Source of the DNA: Patescibacteria group bacterium
GTDB lineage: Bacteria; Patescibacteriota; Microgenomatia; UBA1400; PJMF01
Reading direction: 5' to 3'
NCBI GenBank assembly: GCA_049322575.1
Contig: JBMORQ010000027.1
Coordinates: 87,081 to 151,080 of the forward strand
DNA length: 64,000 bases
Shown here: positions 57,840-64,000 of the stretch, piece after piece
How positions within the stretch are numbered: the stretch's first letter is position 1
How the letters are laid out: each line of letters opens with the position of its first letter
The notes under the pieces: generated by a model
The model's database searches: none
What the model was told of the DNA's origin: nothing
What the model saw: the letters and a program-made list of their open reading frames with translations, nothing else
Program-made: the position numbers and the translations under genes

Positions 57840-58619
57840 ATGGTGAAAGTACCGCAAAAACCCAAACAAGAATCACTATTGCTAGAGTGTCACAATGATG
57901 ACGACCATTTTCTGTACGCCGGCCGCTTTTTGGTTGAGACATACGGCCCAACTTGGCAGAGCCACAACAACCCCAATCTCGATTGGATCAACCAGGAAAA
58001 CGACTCACTAAAAATAGACCAAATCAGAGCAATGTCAAAGCAACTAGCTTTTGGTACAGGACAACATCGTGTCACCATCATTCTTTATGCAGATAAAGCA
58101 ACCTTAGCTGCACAAAATGCTTTGCTTAAAATCCTAGAAGAACCACCGAGGCTTACAACGATCCTGTTAACTTTCAGTCAAATTAACAAGTTACTGCCAA
58201 CTGTCATCTCTCGTTGCCGGTTAATAAGAAAATCCAGTACCGGAATTGATCGATCACAAATAATTGAGAATCTGCAACAAGACAACACTAATGCTTCTGG
58301 CCATCTCACTGAACTAACAATTTTGTCTTTTATTGAAAAATTATTCGACAAACAGCCACCGAGTTACGGCGAGACAATTGCCTTTGTTGAAGAACAATTG
58401 AAGGAAAAAGAGCTATCCTCTGATGCCTTACAGGAATTGCAAAAAGCACTTGAAAAACAAAAAATCTTACCCGGCAATGCCAACAGATTACATCAATATG
58501 CCAAAATTCAACAAAAAGCTCTAAACTGTCTGACAATGCTGGGTCAGAATGTCAACGCAAAATTAGCTCTGGAACATTTTTTGTTCAGTTGCAAGAAAAT
58601 TGCTCAAGAAAGCCCATGA
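57840..58619 (+). CDS. holB: DNA polymerase III delta-prime subunit (clamp-loader, degenerate AAA+)
   Basis: AQNALLKILEEPP...LLPTVISRC. No Walker A P-loop. 259 aa. Confidence 0.65.
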   Translation: MVKVPQKPKQESLLLECHNDDDHFLYAGRFLVETYGPTWQSHNNPNLDWINQENDSLKIDQIRAMSKQLAFGTGQHRVTIILYADKATLAAQNALLKILEEPPRLTTILLTFSQINKLLPTVISRCRLIRKSSTGIDRSQIIENLQQDNTNASGHLTELTILSFIEKLFDKQPPSYGETIAFVEEQLKEKELSSDALQELQKALEKQKILPGNANRLHQYAKIQQKALNCLTMLGQNVNAKLALEHFLFSCKKIAQESP

Positions 58620-58709
58620 AATCTATTAAAAACGGTCTTTAACGAACTTGCCTAACCAAAATGATGTTTGAAATTGACTCTTAAGTGTGATACAAAGAAT
58701 CTCTTAATT

Positions 58710-61481
58710 ATGTCAGACACAACCCAAAATTCCTATAAAGCCAGCCACATTAAGGTCCTGGAAGGCCTAGAGCCCGTCCGCAAGAGGCCTGGAATGTATA
58801 TCGGTTCGACCGATAGCAAAGGCCTACATCACCTAGCGAAAGAAATTCTCGACAACGCTGTGGACGAAGCCATCGCAGGATTTGGCAAAAACATTCAACT
58901 TTTCCGTAGCAACACCACCGAGGCCGAACAAAAACTGGCCAATAACCCTGATCTTGGCGACGAGGTAATCACCGTAGTTGATAACGGTCGTGGTATACCG
59001 GTCGAAATGCACGAATCAGGCGTTTCTGCCCTCGAGGTGGTCATGACAAAACTTCACGCTGGAGGTAAGTTTGAAGAAACCGCCTACCAAGCATCTGGAG
59101 GTCTTCATGGCGTGGGTTCGTCTGCCGTTAATGCTTTGTCTGCACTAATGCAAGTTGTTGTTAAACGCGACAGTAGATACTACTACCAGTGGTATAGCAA
59201 AGGTGTTCCGGGACAAAAAGTCAGTGAAATTACTCTCGAAGAGGTTAAACAAATTTTTCCTGATCAATTAAGTAGCTTCACCAGCTATCAAACCGGTACC
59301 ATCGTTAAATTTATTCCCGACAAAACCATCTTTTCCACCACCACCTTTGGTCACAACACCTTAGTTCAAATCATCAAAGATCGTGCCTACCTGATGGCCG
59401 GTATTTATTTTGAACTCAATGACCTAATTGCCGGAGTTAATAAGCACTATTACTTCGAGGGTGGTATTCGCTCCTTGGTTGAACACCTCAACATGAGCAA
59501 AAAAGCGCTGCATGATGTTTTCTATGTCTCTGGAGTTTGGCAAGACGAAACAACTCATAAAAAAATCGGGGTTGAGGCTGCCTTGCAATACAACGATAGC
59601 TACAACGAAAAAGTTGAAAGCTATGTCAACGTTATCAACACCCCGGACGGCGGCACCCACGTTAATGGTTTTCGCACTGCATTAGGACGTGTTTTGCGCG
59701 ACTACGCTGAAAAAAACGGTTTGCTCAAGGAAAAGGAATCATTTGTTGCCGACGACTTGCGTGAAGGTTTAACAGCCGTGGTTTTTGTTAAAATGCCGGC
59801 CAACGACCTGCAGTTTGAATCTCAAACCAAGTCCAAACTCAACAACGCCGAGGCTCAAACCGCAGTTTATCAAATCTTCAAAGATAATTTTGTGACTTTT
59901 TTGGAAGAAAACCCCAAAGTCGGCCGCGAGATTGTAGGCAAAATCATGCTCTCAGCTCGCGCTCGCATGGCTGCTCGCGCTGCCAAGGATGCCGTCATCC
60001 GCAAGGGTTTACTCGAGGGCAACTCTCTGCCAGGAAAGTTAGCAGATTGTCAAAGCCACGAGGCCGCCGAGTCGGAGATTTATATTGTTGAGGGAGATAG
60101 TGCTGGTGGCTGTTTCTCTGGTGACACTAAAGTTGCATTGGCTGACGGTAGAAATCTAAGTTTCCTTGAAATAATTTCTGAACAAAATCAAGGTAAAAAA
60201 CATTTTTGCTACACCATTCGCAGAGACGGAAAAATTGGATTAGCTCCAGTTATCAATCCACGTCAAACAAAGGCTAGCGCAACTGTCATCAAATTAACCC
60301 TAGATTCTGGTGAAACAATTGTCTGCACCCCAGACCACAGATTCATGCTCCGAACTGGCAAATACTGCAGAGCTGACAAGCTTACAACCCAAGATTCAAT
60401 CATGCCTTTGTATAAAAAAATATCAGATAGGAAACAGAAGGGCATAACGATTGATGGTTATGAAATGGTTTGGGATCCTAAATCAAACCAATGGCTTTTC
60501 ACTCATAAACTAGCACAATGGACAAGTGAATTCAGACAAAAAAGGAAAGAGACTTTGGGAAACACATACTTCCACAAAACGCTCTCCTGTATGAAAAATT
60601 TTGTCCAAGACAGTGGCTTGATTGATCTAGCCGCATATGCCGAACACCGACGATCTGTTAATGATAAAACCCTCCTTAAATTTGAAACTTTCACACAAAA
60701 ATATTTTGGTGGTGATCAAATTTCTTCTCTAGAGGTCATAGCAAATTATAATCACAAAATTGTTAAAGTCGAAAAACTATCGGAAAAAATTCCAGTTTAC
60801 GATATCGAAGTTCCTGGATCACACAATTTTGCTTTGTCTTCTGGAGTATTTGTTCACAATAGTGCCAAGCAAGGCCGCGACCGCCGTTTTCAAGCCATTT
60901 TCCCATTGCGTGGCAAAATCCTTAACACCGAGCGGGCCAGAATCGACAAAGTGGTGGCCTTCGAGGAACTCAAAAATCTCGTGATCGCTCTGGGCGCCGG
61001 TATTGGCGACACTTTTGATGCTGGTAAATTACGCTACCATCGCATTATTCTCATGAACGATGCTGATGTTGATGGCGAACACATCACCACTCTTGGCCTG
61101 ACTTTCTTCTTCCGCCATCTGCCCGCTATCGTCGAGCAAGGCTATCTTTACGTTGCCATGCCACCACTTTACAAAGTCACCCACAACAAAAAAGACAACT
61201 ATGTCTACACCGAAGAGGAAAAAGATGCTGCGGTCGCCGAGATCCAGAAGACATCACCCAACGCCAAAATTGAACTTCAGCGTTACAAAGGTTTGGGTGA
61301 GATGAACCCTGAGCAACTCTGGGAAACAACCATGAACCCTAAAACTCGAACCCTTAAAAAGGTAACTATCGCGGATGCCGCTAATGCTGATCGCACTTTC
61401 TCTGTTCTGATGGGGGACGAGGTTGCGCCACGCAAAAAGTTTATTCAAAGTCATGCCCAGTTAGCTGACTTGGATATTTAG
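58710..61481 (+). CDS. gyrB: DNA gyrase subunit B interrupted by an in-frame 250-aa intein. The start is taken at MSDTTQN (58710); the ORF track gives 58668.
   Basis: LEGLEPVRKRPGMYIG. The GHKL ATPase. TOPRIM motif EGDSAGG split from SAKQGRDRRFQAI by the intein. C-terminal QRYKGLGEMNPEQLWETTM. Confidence 0.9.
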   Translation: MSDTTQNSYKASHIKVLEGLEPVRKRPGMYIGSTDSKGLHHLAKEILDNAVDEAIAGFGKNIQLFRSNTTEAEQKLANNPDLGDEVITVVDNGRGIPVEMHESGVSALEVVMTKLHAGGKFEETAYQASGGLHGVGSSAVNALSALMQVVVKRDSRYYYQWYSKGVPGQKVSEITLEEVKQIFPDQLSSFTSYQTGTIVKFIPDKTIFSTTTFGHNTLVQIIKDRAYLMAGIYFELNDLIAGVNKHYYFEGGIRSLVEHLNMSKKALHDVFYVSGVWQDETTHKKIGVEAALQYNDSYNEKVESYVNVINTPDGGTHVNGFRTALGRVLRDYAEKNGLLKEKESFVADDLREGLTAVVFVKMPANDLQFESQTKSKLNNAEAQTAVYQIFKDNFVTFLEENPKVGREIVGKIMLSARARMAARAAKDAVIRKGLLEGNSLPGKLADCQSHEAAESEIYIVEGDSAGGCFSGDTKVALADGRNLSFLEIISEQNQGKKHFCYTIRRDGKIGLAPVINPRQTKASATVIKLTLDSGETIVCTPDHRFMLRTGKYCRADKLTTQDSIMPLYKKISDRKQKGITIDGYEMVWDPKSNQWLFTHKLAQWTSEFRQKRKETLGNTYFHKTLSCMKNFVQDSGLIDLAAYAEHRRSVNDKTLLKFETFTQKYFGGDQISSLEVIANYNHKIVKVEKLSEKIPVYDIEVPGSHNFALSSGVFVHNSAKQGRDRRFQAIFPLRGKILNTERARIDKVVAFEELKNLVIALGAGIGDTFDAGKLRYHRIILMNDADVDGEHITTLGLTFFFRHLPAIVEQGYLYVAMPPLYKVTHNKKDNYVYTEEEKDAAVAEIQKTSPNAKIELQRYKGLGEMNPEQLWETTMNPKTRTLKKVTIADAANADRTFSVLMGDEVAPRKKFIQSHAQLADLDI
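60111..60860 (+). mobile_element. Intein (250 aa) inserted in the GyrB TOPRIM motif EGDSAGG|SAKQGRDR
   Basis: N-terminal Cys (CFSGDTKVAL, block A). Block B TPDHRF. Block F/G YDIEVPGSHNFALSSGVFVHN. Ends His-Asn with a +1 Ser. No clear LAGLIDADG motifs in the central region of about 130 aa. Confidence 0.8.
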
Positions 61482-61521
61482 ACGATCATAAAAATCTGAG
61501 GAAGCCAAAAAGAAAGGAACT

Positions 61522-62469
61522 ATGTCAACCACTTACGTTCTTGGACACAAAAAACCTGATACTGATTCTGTGGCCGCTGCTATGGCTCTGACACATTTAT
61601 ATCAAAATCGCCCATGTTTTGGCTACTCCAACCCCGTAGCGGCTATCGCCGATCCGCTTAATCCCGAAACCAGTTTTTTGTTTGAAAAATTTGGCTTAAC
61701 AGCTCCCAAACTCATCACAGCAGCCGATATTCAAGCCGACGATCAAATCGTACTTGTCGATCACAACGAGGCCTCCCAGCGTCTGGATGGTCTTAACCCC
61801 GATCAAATTGTCGAGATTGTTGATCACCACAAGGCTAATCTCAACTTGAGCAATCCCATTTTCATGACTTTCAAGACTTGGGGTTCTTCTTGCACCATCA
61901 TTTATTACCTGATGAAACAACAAGACTTAACACCTGAGAAAAATTTGGCATCTTTGATGCTAGCGGCAATTTTGTCTGACACAGTCGGTTTTAGAGGTCC
62001 AACCTGCACCGACAAGGATAAGGAAATTGGCCTGGAGCTGGCAAAAATTGCCGGAATTGACGATATCGACGCACTTGCCCTAGAAGTTTTGAAGGCTAAA
62101 TCAGACGTTTCTAAACTTTCTGACCTCGAAATCGTACGCAACGACTACAAAGTTTTTGAGTTTGCACAACCAACTTTTATTGACCAGCTCGAAACCGTCG
62201 AACAAGAAAAGGTCCTGACAGAGAAAAAAGCCTCGCTCTTGCAAGCCATGCAACAAGTCAAAGACGAAGAAAAAGTCAGTTTGCTTTTTGTGGCAATCAG
62301 CGACACCCTTAAACTCAACACCAAATTGTTAATTCTTGGTGAGAGTGAGCGCCAAGTGGCAGAGAAGGCCTTTGGCGGTCAAACACAAGACAATGTTTTA
62401 GATATTGGCTCAAGAATGTCACGTAAAAAGGAAATTGCACCAGCAATTGAGAAAGCATTGGCTGCCTAA
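61522..62469 (+). CDS. ppaC: Manganese-dependent inorganic pyrophosphatase (family II, DHH-DHHA2)
   Basis: [21 protein letters not shown] motif IVDHHK, and [13 protein letters not shown]. Confidence 0.8.
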   Translation: MSTTYVLGHKKPDTDSVAAAMALTHLYQNRPCFGYSNPVAAIADPLNPETSFLFEKFGLTAPKLITAADIQADDQIVLVDHNEASQRLDGLNPDQIVEIVDHHKANLNLSNPIFMTFKTWGSSCTIIYYLMKQQDLTPEKNLASLMLAAILSDTVGFRGPTCTDKDKEIGLELAKIAGIDDIDALALEVLKAKSDVSKLSDLEIVRNDYKVFEFAQPTFIDQLETVEQEKVLTEKKASLLQAMQQVKDEEKVSLLFVAISDTLKLNTKLLILGESERQVAEKAFGGQTQDNVLDIGSRMSRKKEIAPAIEKALAA

Positions 62470-62501
62470 CTTTAGCATGCCAAAAAATCAGTAAGAAAAA
62501 T

Positions 62502-64000
62502 ATGTCCGACCAAGACCCAAAAAACCAACCAGAAAAAATCGAGATCGTCGATCTTGAACAAGAACAACGAAAATTTGAAGAAACTGAGGCAGAGTCGGTT
62601 AATGACGATCTTAATGATGATTCCCTCATTGGGACAGTCACCGATTCAAAGTTTGGCAAACTGAAACACATTTCGATCGTCGAGGAAATGGAAAAATCTT
62701 ACCTCGACTATGCCATGAGCGTCATCGTAGCTCGTGCCTTACCTGATGTGAGAGATGGTTTAAAGCCGGTCCACCGTCGTATTCTTTTTTCGATGTTTCG
62801 TAGCGGTATTCATCACAACAGTGCTTACAAAAAATCCGCTCGTATTGTCGGTGATGTTTTAGGTAAGTACCATCCTCATGGTGATTCGTCCGTCTACATG
62901 GCTTTGGTGCGCTTGGCCCAAGACTTTAGCATGCGCTATCCTCTGATTGACGGCCAGGGAAACTTTGGTTCAATTGATGGGGACAGCCCTGCAGCCATGC
63001 GTTACACCGAGGCACGTCTAGCAAAAATTTCTCAAGAACTTTTGGCTGATATTAACAAAAAAACCGTCAAACACGTCGACAACTTTGACGGCTCTCTCCA
63101 GGAACCAGCCGTTCTCCCAACCCGTTTGCCAAATCTCTTGCTGATGGGCTCAGAAGGCATTGCTGTGGGTATGGCTACCAAAATCCCACCTCACAATTTA
63201 ACGGAAGTCTCAAATGCCATCATCGAAATGATCCAAAAGGGTAGAGCAGAGGTTGAAACCAAGCTTGTCTTCCCACCAGCCGAGGTTGCCGGCAAAGAAA
63301 AAATTACCAACCCAGAGCTAATTGACTTTGTGATTAAAACAGAAGCCGCAACACTTGCAGGTAAATTCGAGAGTGACATTACTTTCGATGAGATCATGAC
63401 CCACATCAACGGTCCGGACTTTCCTACAGCCGGCATTATTTATGACTTTAACGCCATTAAACAAGCTTATCAACTTGGTCGTGGCAGGATCGTCATCCGG
63501 GCCAAGACCTCAATCGAGGAATCCGGCAAAGGCTACCAAATTGTAGTGACCGAACTTCCTTACCAAGTCAACAAAGCCAAATTACTCATGAAAATTGCCG
63601 ACTTGGTCAAAGATAAGAAAATTATCGGCATCAAAAATTTACGCGATGACTCGGACCGCAAGGGTATGCAGGTAACCATCGAGCTTAAACGCGATGCCCG
63701 ACCCAAAGTCATTCTCAACAAACTTTTTAAGTACTCAGATCTGCAAACGACCTTCTCTCTCAATATTGTTGCTCTAAACAGCGAGGGCACCCCTCAGCTG
63801 ATGAACATCCGTCAGATCCTCAAGGAGTATATTCTTCACCGTCAGTTGGTTATCGTCAGACGTAGCCAGTTTGATCTCGGGGAAGCCCGTGATCGCGCCC
63901 ATATCCTAGAAGGCTTGCTGATCGCCTTGGCTAACCTCGATGAAGTAATTGAGACCATTCGCCGCTCACCAGACACCCAAACCGCTCACGATGCTTTAAT
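62502..64000 (+). CDS. gyrA: DNA gyrase subunit A (3'-truncated by the window edge)
   Basis: [32 protein letters not shown]. The active-site region [10 protein letters not shown]. The frame is open to position 64000. Confidence 0.9.
   Translation, partial: MSDQDPKNQPEKIEIVDLEQEQRKFEETEAESVNDDLNDDSLIGTVTDSKFGKLKHISIVEEMEKSYLDYAMSVIVARALPDVRDGLKPVHRRILFSMFRSGIHHNSAYKKSARIVGDVLGKYHPHGDSSVYMALVRLAQDFSMRYPLIDGQGNFGSIDGDSPAAMRYTEARLAKISQELLADINKKTVKHVDNFDGSLQEPAVLPTRLPNLLLMGSEGIAVGMATKIPPHNLTEVSNAIIEMIQKGRAEVETKLVFPPAEVAGKEKITNPELIDFVIKTEAATLAGKFESDITFDEIMTHINGPDFPTAGIIYDFNAIKQAYQLGRGRIVIRAKTSIEESGKGYQIVVTELPYQVNKAKLLMKIADLVKDKKIIGIKNLRDDSDRKGMQVTIELKRDARPKVILNKLFKYSDLQTTFSLNIVALNSEGTPQLMNIRQILKEYILHRQLVIVRRSQFDLGEARDRAHILEGLLIALANLDEVIETIRRSPDTQTAHDAL

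Noticed and set aside
61482-62501. ppaC inserted between gyrB and gyrA, considered as a possible mobile insertion
   Set aside because: gyrB and gyrA are frequently non-adjacent. ppaC is a core gene with normal spacers and no repeats or integrase flank it.
1-64000. An alternative genetic code (UGA recoded, as in some CPR lineages)
   Set aside because: TGA terminates several well-conserved proteins at their expected C-termini (for example folC), and no conserved protein shows in-frame TGA interruptions. The code is standard.

Overview
This 64 kb window is a gene-dense, low-GC bacterial chromosome segment that uses the standard genetic code (TGA, TAA and TAG all end proteins at conserved C-termini, for example folC ends in TGA). 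Intergenic spacers are short, several proteins carry disordered low-complexity extensions, and the gene content fits a CPR/Patescibacteria-like, possibly Saccharibacteria-like, organism. That taxonomic placement is inference only.

Housekeeping genes: lon (3' part, 5' end cut by the window), tpiA, uvrD/pcrA, a FemAB-family gene, pyrH, gap, tig, tRNA-Val(GAC), infC-rpmI-rplT, pheS-pheT, an O-antigen-ligase-like gene, PBP1A, tyrS, recG, folC, KH-protein/rpsP, rnc, an ACP-like gene, nusB, a putative rpmF, holB, gyrB, ppaC and gyrA (partial at the 3' edge).

Accessory content: (1) An envelope glycosylation cluster at 2.9-12.4 kb with a DUF2298-like giant membrane protein, a SAM methyltransferase, a GT4 transferase, a HAD hydrolase, a polytopic GT-C-like protein, an FAD-dependent oxidoreductase and a GT39/PMT-like transferase. 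(2) A type IV pilus region of about 23 kb at 35.2-57.7 kb. On the plus strand it holds pilX-like, pilM, pilN and pilO. On the minus strand it holds five pilin-like genes, an unknown membrane protein, pilD, a major pilin, pilC, pilT and pilB. Between the two arms lie three large secreted or lipoprotein genes, including a 923-aa Cys-rich protein that feeds directly into a pilin gene.

Other notable points:
- A dispersed MITE-like intergenic repeat family with roughly 18-bp terminal inverted repeats, present in at least 6-8 copies.
- A 250-aa intein inside the GyrB TOPRIM motif.
- An ACP-like protein with the phosphopantetheine serine replaced by Asn.
- About 170-aa acidic or Ser-rich N-terminal extensions on GAPDH and PilB.
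- A 37-bp tandem repeat in a 615-bp intergenic gap.
- Two clean rho-independent terminators plus one more behind the major pilin.

No CRISPR array, rRNA or obvious defence system was seen.
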